A stretch of 44,987 nucleotides of DNA, from IMG/VR virus record IMGVR_UViG_3300031521_000017; one strand, written 5' to 3'. Positions 26,373 to 34,979 of this stretch are shown piece by piece. The position numbers were made by a program, and so were the translations under genes. Source of the stretch: a virus. The notes under the pieces were generated by a model. It was not told the origin of the DNA, did no database searches, and saw nothing but the letters and a program-made list of their open reading frames with translations. Every line of letters begins with the position of its first letter. Positions within the stretch are counted from its first letter, which is position 1.

Positions 26373-27357
26373 CCATCAACGTCCTCTCCTATAGACCTGA
26401 GACGAAAAGGGTTTAGATTATGGAGGTTAAGGAAAGCTGATGTTTCCCCGGGAAGGATCATCAAGAGTCCCAAGTAACTTGACAGGCTTGGCTTTGAAGT
26501 GCGGTCCTTGAATCCGCACACTCTTGAGAGAAAAGGTGCGCGAAGAGTAAACTGCGTTGAATGTGGCTCACAGTCTGGCTGCAGCCTATGGGCATGGTAG
26601 GGTAGCGCCTTCACCGGTTAAGAAAAAACGCATCCTGATCGCTGGCCAAATGGGAGGCCCGCAGGATATAGTATTAAAGGTGCGCGATAGGCTTTCAGCG
26701 TTAAATGTGGGAAGTCAGGTCCACCCGCAGCCTACGGACTGATCTACCCGTTAAAGTGGATCTTGTGAGTGAATCTCCATTATAAAGAGTTGGGATACTA
26801 ATTATGGACCCAGCAACCGCCAGTAAGCTTGGGATAGGGATGAAGAATCAGGCCCCAATGCGGTTTGGACGCGTGAGCAGCAGCGAATAGCCATATATTG
26901 AGCCTTGGCTGCCACCTATTAGTGCGAAAAGGGAACTCTAAGTGAGTCAATTAGCCTACGACTTTAAATGCGGCTCAGTTACTGCTTGAGGAATAGCTAC
27001 CTCAGGAAAGCACAGCTTCGTTCCCCTGACTTTTAGCTTAAGATAGAAGCCTAGCACAAACTCAGGTTCCGCAAAGAGTAGAAAAGGTCGGAAAACATAT
27101 CTTATTGGGTGCTTCCTTCGAGATCCTGATGATAAAAATGAAGGGATCGAAGGACTATATCCCGCAGCTTGGTAGTGGTAGTGGTGTATGGTGCATACTA
27201 TAAACGAGGTGTGAGGTTCGAATCGTCCCTATGACAACGACCACCTGTCTTCGAAGCAGGTGGTCTAGCTACGATTATACCACAAAACCTGCACAATGTC
27301 AAGTTTTTTCTTCGACTTTAGTTATTGAATCTTTTTTTCTAAAATTCCCGAAATAAC
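26373..27357 (+). ncRNA. candidate large structured non-coding RNA (about 1 kb ORF-free, GC-balanced, internally repetitive, ending at a strong terminator)
   Basis: No ORF of at least 60 aa in frame with any signal. Internal repeat AAGGTGCGCGA...GCGTTRAATGTGG...CYGCAGCCTAYGG occurs twice, with a third partial copy. Many local hairpins, for example GTGCGG-TCCTTGAAT-CCGCAC and GACCACCTGTCTTCGAAGCAGGTGGTC. A tRNA T-loop-like GGTTCGAATC is present at 27207. Strand is inferred from the downstream terminator. Confidence 0.3.
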
Positions 27358-27396
27358 AGAAAGCCCTAGTCTATAAAAGACTAGGGCTTATTTTTA
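27358..27396. terminator. bidirectional terminator AGCCCTAGTCT-ATAAA-AGACTAGGGCT followed by TATTTTTA
   Basis: 11-bp perfect stem with T-rich flanks. Confidence 0.65.
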
Positions 27397-27681
27397 TACT
27401 TTTGATTCTGTATCTTCAAGTTTAATTGGACTAGACTCAATAGTAAGATTATCTATATGATGTATGTTCCAAGTAGCAGGGTCATTATTATCTGAATCTA
27501 AAACCTCAGCTATGCGGACTTGGGGTATATATTTAGCATCCCCAGACATCTCCATCATAGCTTGTATATTCTTATAAGCATTAGGTCTACTGAAGAAGGC
27601 TCCGCAGAATATCTCCTGTTTAACCTTATTTTCATTGTCTAAAACAAGAGCATAGGCAATGTAAATCTTTTCCATTGTCAT
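27394..27681 (-). CDS. 95-aa hypothetical protein
   Basis: ORF ending at the bidirectional terminator. Confidence 0.4.
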   Translation of the reverse strand: MTMEKIYIAYALVLDNENKVKQEIFCGAFFSRPNAYKNIQAMMEMSGDAKYIPQVRIAEVLDSDNNDPATWNIHHIDNLTIESSPIKLEDTESKV

Positions 27682-27884
27682 AAAGCCTCCTAAATTTTAA
27701 TAAAATGTGCATCAGTATACCCAAGAGGTAGTTTACCTTAGAAATTGGAAATGAGATTAGAATTATCTATATTAGAGAGGAGAAAAGTATTTCAAAAAGG
27801 AGACGAATACGGTAAAAAATTAAAGTGAAAGTTGATAGGGACTAGTCCTCCACACCCTCCCTATTAGGGAGATTTGTTAACATT

Positions 27885-28163
27885 TTAGTCTCCAGGAGCC
27901 TTATACATTCCCCTACCACTATATTTTCTTACTCTATAACTTCCATTACCTAGTTTTACTACATTATCTAGACAAGAGTGAGTATTAATAGTAGTAGGAT
28001 TTTGCCCCCATTTATATAAACCATTAGGTTCTTTTATCTTAATCCTAGCTATAACATAGGGAACTCCATGATCATGTCTTATATCAGTAGCTTCCATACC
28101 TTCAGTACCATAGCATTTTCCATCTATAGTAATATAAATCTTACCTTCTAATTTAATCTCCAC
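27885..28163 (-). CDS. 92-aa hypothetical protein
   Basis: ORF in a leftward cluster of small genes. Confidence 0.4.
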   Translation of the reverse strand: MEIKLEGKIYITIDGKCYGTEGMEATDIRHDHGVPYVIARIKIKEPNGLYKWGQNPTTINTHSCLDNVVKLGNGSYRVRKYSGRGMYKAPGD

Positions 28164-28339
28164 TACTTTACCTGCTCAACAGAAATATCACTAACAGAAA
28201 GTCCCCATTCTTCTTCTTCAAGAGGAATAACTTCATCTCTAAAATATTCTTCAATTTGTTCTCTAATTAAATCTTTACCTATTCCAACAGGACTAAAAAA
28301 TTCTACAGTATATTTATACACATGTTTTGCTTCACTCAT
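28163..28339 (-). CDS. 58-aa hypothetical protein (start taken at MSEAKHVYKY, AGGAGA ribosome-binding site)
   Basis: The internal ATG with a ribosome-binding site avoids a 100-nt overlap with the upstream ORF. Confidence 0.35.
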   Translation of the reverse strand: MSEAKHVYKYTVEFFSPVGIGKDLIREQIEEYFRDEVIPLEEEEWGLSVSDISVEQVK

Positions 28340-28340
28340 T

Positions 28341-28574
28341 TTAATTCTCCTGTTCCACATTATCTGGCCCTGCAGTATGCGTTCCTTCATCTCTAGGATG
28401 TCTTTCATTTTCATCACTTCTATTAATATAATTAGGTTCATCAAGAGACCAAGCTAAATCTCTAAGTCTAATAACAAAATCAGTATTAGTATTTTCTTTA
28501 TATACATAAATTAATCTTTCAACTAACCATTTAAGAAAATCACTATCTGTCATGTCTGTATGAAGTTTTACCAT
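28341..28574 (-). CDS. 77-aa hypothetical protein
   Basis: ORF. Confidence 0.4.
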   Translation of the reverse strand: MVKLHTDMTDSDFLKWLVERLIYVYKENTNTDFVIRLRDLAWSLDEPNYINRSDENERHPRDEGTHTAGPDNVEQEN

Positions 28575-28799
28575 TTATCCCACCGCACTATTATCAGTAT
28601 ACACAAGAGTAGCTTTCCATCTATTAGTATCAAGATAAATCGGCTCTACAAAACCACAAGAGTAACCAAGATTAACAGGAATTCTCAATGATTCTACATC
28701 TAATATGTGCGGCATTATGTCCCCATCTTCAATTTGGTCAGTCATATTCCTCAAATATCTAACCAGTGTTGCTTTACCTAACTCTTCCATATTAGCCAT
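28575..28799 (-). CDS. 74-aa hypothetical protein
   Basis: ORF. Confidence 0.4.
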   Translation of the reverse strand: MANMEELGKATLVRYLRNMTDQIEDGDIMPHILDVESLRIPVNLGYSCGFVEPIYLDTNRWKATLVYTDNSAVG

Positions 28800-29056
28800 T
28801 AAAAATCTCCATTCTTATGAATATCAGTTCTATTTTGTAATAGAGCTTTATATACAATCTTTGCTATTCCTTTGTCTATAAATTCAATACTATAGTCACA
28901 TCCAGAGATAGGAGAGATAGCTAATCCATGATTCTTTAAGATACCCATGTCATCATCTATAGGAATAGGATCAGACCAAGTTTCTTTAGCAACACTTTCA
29001 CCTAAGCTAACTTCCCACATATTTTCTTTGGTTCTAGTGAATTTAATAATATCCAT
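28799..29056 (-). CDS. 85-aa hypothetical protein
   Basis: ORF. Confidence 0.4.
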   Translation of the reverse strand: MDIIKFTRTKENMWEVSLGESVAKETWSDPIPIDDDMGILKNHGLAISPISGCDYSIEFIDKGIAKIVYKALLQNRTDIHKNGDF

Positions 29057-29292
29057 AGTCTCCCTATTCTCTCAAAAGGAACAATTTATATAGTTACAAT
29101 CAATAAGATTGGTGATTCATTATAACTATATTATAACACAAATTTTCTATTCTGTCAATTAAATAAGATTAGAAATTACTTCCAAAGACTAGCCTAAAAT
29201 CATAAAAGTTAAATCGAGTCGGTAAGATATATTTCATCATGATGAACGAGCCCGAAGGGCGAAGTTCTGCAAATGATGAATTATATCGCCTC

Positions 29293-29395
29293 TATTATTA
29301 AATGAACTGTCTTTTTAACAGATTGACTTTTCTTAACAAACTACCTACATTTTTTTAACATTTTATCTACTTTTTTTTAACACTTTATCATAGGA
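29293..29395. repeat. iteron cluster A: four copies of a TTTTTTTAACA-containing unit at 18-22 bp spacing
   Basis: TAACA cores at 29316, 29334, 29356 and 29378. Confidence 0.6.
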
Positions 29396-30020
29396 TATTT
29401 GTTATGTCAGTCACATACTTCTTTGTTTTCCATACTCCTTTCTTTGTAACTCTCTCATCTCTATGCTTTAGTAAGCCTAAGTCTTGAAGTTCATCTAAAG
29501 CATCTATAAGAATATGAGAATTATTGCTTGTATTAGTAGAGATACCAATTTCTTCTTTGATTTTGCTAGTATGATACAATATTTGATTTTGTTTATAAGA
29601 TAGTTCACAAAATCTTACATACATACTAATAATATGCGGAGTATTTGTCTCTACTAATTTAACTAATACATCATTTGGAACTAAATAAGCAAACTCATTA
29701 CCAATTAATAGTAATTCAAATTTACTTAGCTTCTTCAATCCCACTAAATACAAATCTTGCAAATTCTTAAATCTCATACTTGCAGTTTGTCTAGATATGT
29801 TTAACGCGGAAGCTAATTTCACAAAACTCACATCACTAGCATTTACATATCTGCGTCCATCTCTCATTGGTAGACTGATAGATTGCAAATATCCATACAT
29901 TAAATCATTATAGAGTTTGTCTGAAGTATACTCAACACTACTAGGTATTTGCCTAGAATTTGGTCTAATAGATAATCCCATCAGTCTCCTTTCTACTATT
30001 ATCGTAATTCTATTATACAA
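29388..30020 (-). CDS. 210-aa helix-turn-helix DNA-binding protein flanked by iterons; candidate replication initiator (RepA_N / DnaD-like organisation) or autoregulated regulator
   Basis: Helix-turn-helix-like segment SFVKLASALNISRQTASMRFKNL; C-terminal FAYLVPNDVL...ILIDALDELQDLGLLK is reminiscent of firmicute plasmid/phage initiator N-domains; iteron clusters lie at both ends. Confidence 0.45.
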   Translation of the reverse strand: MYNRITIIVERRLMGLSIRPNSRQIPSSVEYTSDKLYNDLMYGYLQSISLPMRDGRRYVNASDVSFVKLASALNISRQTASMRFKNLQDLYLVGLKKLSKFELLLIGNEFAYLVPNDVLVKLVETNTPHIISMYVRFCELSYKQNQILYHTSKIKEEIGISTNTSNNSHILIDALDELQDLGLLKHRDERVTKKGVWKTKKYVTDITNIL

Positions 30021-30031
30021 TAATTTTTGAA

Positions 30032-30135
30032 AGGTGTCAAATTATCTACTTTTTCTTAACAAACTATCTACATTTTTTTAACAGATTATCTACATTTTTT
30101 TAACAGTTTGCTTACTTTTTCCTAACAGTTTGCCA
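30032..30135. repeat. iteron cluster B: four copies of ATCTACATTTTTTTAACAG at exactly 22-bp spacing
   Basis: TAACA cores at 30057, 30079, 30101 and 30123; overlaps the 3' end of ORF 30090..30383 and the promoter region of 29388..30020. Confidence 0.65.
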
Positions 30136-30383
30136 TAGTTAGTATAATCGAACTTATCTTGCGGCAATAGGTTCTTCCACTCATATTCGGTGAAACTATA
30201 ATTCTCTATCCAAGTATAAGGCTCTTCTCCAAAATCTATATAACTATGCGGAAAAAGCTCTTGAACACTATAGTAATAAACAGGAGTAAACATTTTTTCT
30301 TTCTCTACTATTTCTCCGCTAGACATAATTTTTCCTCTAAAAGTTGCTTTATACTTAATAACTCTTATATCTCCAATTTTCAT
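30090..30383 (-). CDS. 97-aa hypothetical protein
   Basis: ORF; the last 12 codons overlap the iterons. Confidence 0.35.
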   Translation of the reverse strand: MKIGDIRVIKYKATFRGKIMSSGEIVEKEKMFTPVYYYSVQELFPHSYIDFGEEPYTWIENYSFTEYEWKNLLPQDKFDYTNYGKLLGKSKQTVKKM

Positions 30384-30385
30384 AT

Positions 30386-30649
30386 TTATCTAAACCTTTC
30401 TCCTTTAGGTTGATTATCTATATACCATAAGAAATTTTCTAATTCCATCCATAAACCTTTGTCTGCGGCCCCACCTTGCTGGAGTAATTCTGGCCGCAAT
30501 TCAAACATATAATAGAAGTATTTATCTCCATCTATACCTGCAACTTCTCTTTCGCAGCCTTCATAATCAGTACACCAACTACCAATGGGGCGAGTAGGAC
30601 AATTCTCACTTCTACAATTCTTACATCTGGTTCTTATATACCGTAACAT
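30386..30649 (-). CDS. 87-aa Cys-rich hypothetical protein
   Basis: ORF with CKNC...C...C. Confidence 0.4.
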   Translation of the reverse strand: MLRYIRTRCKNCRSENCPTRPIGSWCTDYEGCEREVAGIDGDKYFYYMFELRPELLQQGGAADKGLWMELENFLWYIDNQPKGERFR

Positions 30650-30807
30650 TTACTCGCCTCCATTCTTTTCTTTAGTGTAACATAATTTTTCATTAGTGTC
30701 AAATCGAACTTCGACGAATTTACGAGAATTACGTGTCCTTATTCCGATTTTGGCTATTTTTTCTGTTTAGGATAATTGTTAAAAAAAAGTAGATAAAAAG
30801 ATTGTTA

Positions 30808-30836
30808 TTGACATCCTTTTCATTTTGTGTTATAAT
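30808..30836 (+). promoter_or_regulatory. consensus sigma-A promoter TTGACA-N17(TGTGT)-TATAAT
   Basis: Perfect boxes. Confidence 0.6.
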
Positions 30837-30874
30837 AAGGTAACGAATAAATAATAAAGAGAAAGAGGCATTCT

Positions 30875-31075
30875 GTGAGCAATTTGACCAAGCAGCTTAA
30901 GCAAGAAATAGATTCAATGTCTTATGAGCAACTGCTTAGTAAATGGAGATTTAGTCCAGTAGGAAGTCCAATCTTTCAGGGTGAAAGTGGTACTTACTTC
31001 TCACAAAAAATGACTAAGTTGCGGGAACAGGGTGCGGACCATGTTGGAATATCTAAAAGGCTAGGGTGGAAATAA
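30875..31075 (+). CDS. 66-aa hypothetical protein (GTG start)
   Basis: AAGAGAAAGAGG ribosome-binding site. Confidence 0.4.
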   Translation: MSNLTKQLKQEIDSMSYEQLLSKWRFSPVGSPIFQGESGTYFSQKMTKLREQGADHVGISKRLGWK

Positions 31076-31450
31076 TGGGTAAGCTCTTTTTGGATGATGT
31101 GCGGAAGCAGGACATTGCCGACCGCGAACTAATCGTAGATGTGCGTTGCTATTCTTCACGATGTTATTGAAGATTGCGGAGAGAAGTATGAAACAGAAAT
31201 TATTCGGGAGTTTTATGACTATCCTGAAATTACAGCAGCAATTTATGCTATTAGTAAGAAGTGGGGTGAGCCTCTTGGTGATTACTATGCTCGTGCTATG
31301 GAAAATCCTATGGCGCATAGAGTAAAGCTTGCGGACATGGAGCATAACATAAGCTATGATCGAATTATCTGTATTGCGGATCCAGCCACTCGTGCTCGAC
31401 TTACAGCAAAATACAATAAGGGCTATACGATTCTAACGAAGGTGGTATAA
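31075..31450 (+). pseudogene. RelA/SpoT-type HD-domain (alarmone hydrolase-like) gene split by a +1 frameshift near 31139-31168; N-terminal His-containing segment apparently missing
   Basis: Frame 1 encodes ...DIADRELIVDV; frame 2 continues AILHDVIEDCG...VKLADMEHN, matching the conserved SpoT/Rel HD motifs LLHDVIEDT and KLADRLHNM; the upstream H...HP part of the HD fold was not found. Confidence 0.35.
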
Positions 31451-31452
31451 AT

Positions 31453-31653
31453 ATGACGAATGTTACATGTCCGATGGATGCTACAGAAACACAAGAGAAA
31501 TATAACACAACAAAGAATAAGCTTGCGGCAATTCATAGTACAGCTCTTGAGCTTTTTGACGCTATGGTAAAGGCAGAAGATATCGAGGATATCTATAGTT
31601 TGATTGAGAGCACCCTTGACGATATCATACTTATTTCAGAGGAAGGCTACTAA
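31453..31653 (+). CDS. 66-aa hypothetical protein
   Basis: ORF. Confidence 0.4.
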   Translation: MTNVTCPMDATETQEKYNTTKNKLAAIHSTALELFDAMVKAEDIEDIYSLIESTLDDIILISEEGY

Positions 31654-31901
31654 TGGAATTTTTAAGTGATGGTACGGTAAAAGGTCTTAAAGAAGATGTC
31701 CTCGCTCAGGTTACTACAGAGTGCGGAGAAGAGCTAAGCAAGCAGCTCTCTAAAGCAATTGACGCTTGTATCAAGAATGAAAAGGGTTCAGTAGGAATGT
31801 ATGCTGAAGCCTATTGGCGTATATTTTGCAGGTTTGATACTACTTCAGAAGTTATTAGATCTTTTGAGTATCGTCTTGCTTATGTTAACCCAATTAAATA
31901 A
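31653..31901 (+). CDS. 82-aa hypothetical protein
   Basis: TAATG-coupled ORF. Confidence 0.4.
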   Translation: MEFLSDGTVKGLKEDVLAQVTTECGEELSKQLSKAIDACIKNEKGSVGMYAEAYWRIFCRFDTTSEVIRSFEYRLAYVNPIK

Positions 31902-32069
31902 GGAGAATTATGGTTAATAAATATTGTATTAGACTTAAAAGTTTTTGTCAATATAAAAATACCGAATATTGTCCACAGAAAATAACTGAAATTAGAAGAC
32001 TTCCTCCTCCTCCAAAGTGTAAAAAGATTGCACATGCTGAAGTCGAGAGAAGCTTAGAGAGAGGCTAAA

Positions 32070-32252
32070 ATGGTTATATGCCATGTTTGTAAGAGTGAAG
32101 ATGTTACTGAACATTGGTTTTATAATGGCGTGGGAGATAATCCTAGCCATATAACCATAGTTTGTCATAACTGCCATTGTGAGCGTACAATTCAAGTGAG
32201 ACTTTTTCAGTCACATAAATCTATACGTGCATTAATAGATGAGAAAGAATAG
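32070..32252 (+). CDS. 60-aa zinc-finger-like protein (CHVC...CHNCHC)
   Basis: ORF with a Cys/His cluster. Confidence 0.35.
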   Translation: MVICHVCKSEDVTEHWFYNGVGDNPSHITIVCHNCHCERTIQVRLFQSHKSIRALIDEKE

Positions 32253-32261
32253 GAGTTAAAA

Positions 32262-32552
32262 ATGAATTGGGAAGATAAGGCGGAGCGGCTACAAGAGCTT
32301 GGCATCCTTAATATTCATATGAGATATAAGGGGAATTGGTTTTGTTCAATTTCTAATGTGGATATTGCAGATGGCACTTTTCTAATTGGTAAATTCGGGA
32401 ATGGAGATTCACCTATTTCCGCGATTGAGGATTATTGGAAAGTACTCACCCAATTAGAGTCTGGCCAATACATTGTTATCAATGCCTTGAAGAGAGGTCG
32501 CACAGTTGCCTGTTGGGATGGCATGGGATGGATTTATGGAAAGGATCAATAA
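32262..32552 (+). CDS. 96-aa hypothetical protein
   Basis: ORF. Confidence 0.4.
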   Translation: MNWEDKAERLQELGILNIHMRYKGNWFCSISNVDIADGTFLIGKFGNGDSPISAIEDYWKVLTQLESGQYIVINALKRGRTVACWDGMGWIYGKDQ

Positions 32553-33118
32553 TGACTACTTGGTTCACAGGTGGCCATCATTTTGGTCATCAAAATATTG
32601 CTAAATACGAAAATCGCCCAGATGGCTGGCAAGACCTTGCTATTGACCGATGGAATGAAGTAGTTAAAGATGATGATACTGTAATCCATATTGGAGATTT
32701 TGTTTTTGGTCCTGTAGATTATGGCAAAATGATTCTTAATTGTCTCAAAGGGCAAAAGTATATCCTGCTTGGCAATCATGACAGGTCGCCGCAGAATATG
32801 CGGGACATGGGATTCCTCAATGTTTGGGGAAATCGCAGACAAGCTAAATATGGAGATTCTCAATTCTGGATGAAATATTATGTTCTTACAGCTGGTAGCC
32901 CAGGAGGATTCTCAATTAGCGCGCCTATCTGTCTTAGCCATGCTCCCCTTCCCGATCTAAAAGGTTTTGGTAGATTCAATATCCATGGTCACATCCATAG
33001 CAATGGGTACCCAGTTGATCTCATGGGAGGTCAGAAACCTTGGCATGTAAATGTCGAAGTTGATGTAACTGATTATTATCCAATTTCTATAGAGCAGATT
33101 TTAGGAGGATATAGATAA
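32552..33118 (+). CDS. calcineurin-like metallophosphoesterase 1 (188 aa)
   Basis: Motifs GGHHFGH, IHIGDFVFG (GDxxDxG), LLGNHD (GNHD/E) and IHGHIH (GHxH). Confidence 0.55.
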   Translation: MTTWFTGGHHFGHQNIAKYENRPDGWQDLAIDRWNEVVKDDDTVIHIGDFVFGPVDYGKMILNCLKGQKYILLGNHDRSPQNMRDMGFLNVWGNRRQAKYGDSQFWMKYYVLTAGSPGGFSISAPICLSHAPLPDLKGFGRFNIHGHIHSNGYPVDLMGGQKPWHVNVEVDVTDYYPISIEQILGGYR

Positions 33119-33327
33119 TGAGATGGACACCAAATAAATTTAGGAATATTTATCGAGGCTTTATTGAAAAATATTTTAAGCCAAGTATGAATGAATGGAA
33201 AGTAACTTTTGCTTGGCACCCTATTACGGTAGAGGGACAAAAAGTTTGGCTCGAATTCGTAGAATGGCGAACTATTTCTGGATACTATAAAAATTATACT
33301 AAATATCGTTTTATTAACAAGATTTAA
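33118..33327 (+). CDS. 69-aa hypothetical protein
   Basis: TAATG-coupled ORF. Confidence 0.35.
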   Translation: MRWTPNKFRNIYRGFIEKYFKPSMNEWKVTFAWHPITVEGQKVWLEFVEWRTISGYYKNYTKYRFINKI

Positions 33328-33331
33328 TAAA

Positions 33332-33371
33332 GTCGAGAGAAGTCATAAAGATTTCTCTTGACTTTTTTTTC
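33332..33371 (+). terminator. terminator hairpin whose 3' arm carries the next -35 (promoter TTGACT-N17-TATAAT at 33358-33386)
   Basis: GTCGAGAGAA...TTCTCTTGAC followed by a T-run. Confidence 0.55.
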
Positions 33372-33420
33372 GATTTGTGATATAATAAAAGAAAAAGAGA
33401 ATTAAGAGAGGGTGAAAACA

Positions 33421-34365
33421 ATGACAGTATATATTACTGGCGACCGGCATGGAGCCTACAGTGGAATTATCGCTTGGGGCAAGATGATGAATCTTACTTC
33501 TGAGGATACCGTTATTGTTCTTGGTGATAATGGTGTTAACTTTATTATGGGCTGGGTTGATTATAAGCTGCGGAAAAAGCTTGGTAAATGTGCATGGAAT
33601 TGGTTCCTCATCCGGGGCAACCATGATATGCGGCCAGAGGATGCTTTCAACCGCACTCCCGCAGATGCATACCAGGGGGAGTGTTCGAATCCTCGGGCGC
33701 ACACTGAGGTTTGGTTCGATAATGAGGTTCTTGTTGAGAACGAGATGAATTCTAATATCAAATATGCTATTGATGGAAATATCTATACCATTAATGGTGA
33801 GAAGTGTCTTGTTATTGGAGGCGGATATTCAACCGACAAATGGTATCGGTTGGAGAATAGCATACCTTGGTTTCTGAATGAGCAACTTTCTTCAGAGGAA
33901 ATGGATGCTATTTATCAAATCTACTGCGCCAATCATGTTGATGTAATTCTTTCTCATGTGGCTCCTGTTTCTTATGAGACTGACATTCGGCATCTCTGGA
34001 TGGATTCTGGTGGAATCAAGAATGGCGCAGAGAATATCGACAAGACCATGGAGATTTGGATGAACAAGTTTCTGTGGGATGAGGTTAATGTTATTAAAAG
34101 ATGGTACTTCGGTCACTGTCATGCCAATATTAATTGTGCCGATGGGTCTGGAGTAATGCTTTATGATGTTGCTATCCCATTTGGAGATAAAGCTCCAGAT
34201 CTCTATACACTAGAGAATGATGTGCGGACTGAGAAGCAAAAGAAAAAGGTCCAGAGTATCTTCGTTACTGAAGTGAAGCTCTGCTCCGAGTGTGGACGCA
34301 TTAAAGATAAACCTGGAGTACCTTATCGGTGTCAGGCTTATCTTGCAGGCATATGTCCTGACTGA
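33421..34365 (+). CDS. calcineurin-like metallophosphoesterase 2 with a C-terminal zinc ribbon (314 aa)
   Basis: Motifs ITGDRHG, VLGDNG, RGNHD, SHVAP and FGHCH; C-terminal CSECG...CQAYLAGIC. Confidence 0.55.
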   Translation: MTVYITGDRHGAYSGIIAWGKMMNLTSEDTVIVLGDNGVNFIMGWVDYKLRKKLGKCAWNWFLIRGNHDMRPEDAFNRTPADAYQGECSNPRAHTEVWFDNEVLVENEMNSNIKYAIDGNIYTINGEKCLVIGGGYSTDKWYRLENSIPWFLNEQLSSEEMDAIYQIYCANHVDVILSHVAPVSYETDIRHLWMDSGGIKNGAENIDKTMEIWMNKFLWDEVNVIKRWYFGHCHANINCADGSGVMLYDVAIPFGDKAPDLYTLENDVRTEKQKKKVQSIFVTEVKLCSECGRIKDKPGVPYRCQAYLAGICPD

Positions 34366-34458
34366 GAAAATCCTGTAGAAAATTGTAATAATTGTGGAAT
34401 GGCCAACGATAATGATGATGTCTGTGACTCAGACTTTCATGAATAACTAAATAAAAAT

Positions 34459-34500
34459 GTCAAGAGGAAGCATAAAGATTCCTCTTGACATTTCTTTTTA
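34459..34500 (+). terminator. terminator hairpin GTCAAGAGGAA-GCATAAAGA-TTCCTCTTGAC followed by a T-run, fused to promoter TTGACA-N16-TATAAT (34485-34512)
   Basis: Same hairpin family as the one at 33332. Confidence 0.55.
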
Positions 34501-34546
34501 TTTGTGATATAATAAGTTATTGAAAGATATGAAAGGGGAAAAATTC

Positions 34547-34786
34547 ATGGAGATTCTCGCTACAATCCGAGAAAATGATACAAGAGAAGGAGAGTCAAGA
34601 CCAATCTTTCTAGGTTATGAGAAATGTCCGGGAACAGATTTTCCCATTATGTATCTAGGTATCGTTGATAACATGGGTGTTAATCAAGACGATAGGATTT
34701 TTTGCTTTGTCAGAACTCCAGATGAAGTTCTCTCAGAAATTGAAAAGCGCTGGTCACATTTTGTAACTTTTGAATATTACACTTAA
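34547..34786 (+). CDS. 79-aa hypothetical protein
   Basis: AAAGGGGAAAA ribosome-binding site. Confidence 0.4.
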   Translation: MEILATIRENDTREGESRPIFLGYEKCPGTDFPIMYLGIVDNMGVNQDDRIFCFVRTPDEVLSEIEKRWSHFVTFEYYT

Positions 34787-34799
34787 GAGGGAGAAAACA

Positions 34800-34979
34800 A
34801 TGGCTACTATTGAAGAGCTTGCCAAGCTAGCTCTCGAATATAATTATATGGATTGGGATGCAAACAGAGAACTCGCTATTGCAGTCCATGATGCCTTCGC
34901 TAATGGGACTCTCCATGAAGGACTGACAAATATTCAAAAAGCTGTTAATGCATGTTCTCAGAACGGAGAAGATAAGTAA
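34800..34979 (+). CDS. 59-aa hypothetical protein
   Basis: AGAGGGAG ribosome-binding site. Confidence 0.35.
   Translation: MATIEELAKLALEYNYMDWDANRELAIAVHDAFANGTLHEGLTNIQKAVNACSQNGEDK

Noticed and set aside
27190-27260. Possible tRNA suggested by a GGTTCGAATC T-loop-like motif
   Set aside because: The flanking bases do not form a T-stem (G52 would pair with G62) and no acceptor, D or anticodon arms could be drawn by eye. Treated as part of the larger structured region. tRNAscan-SE should be run to confirm.
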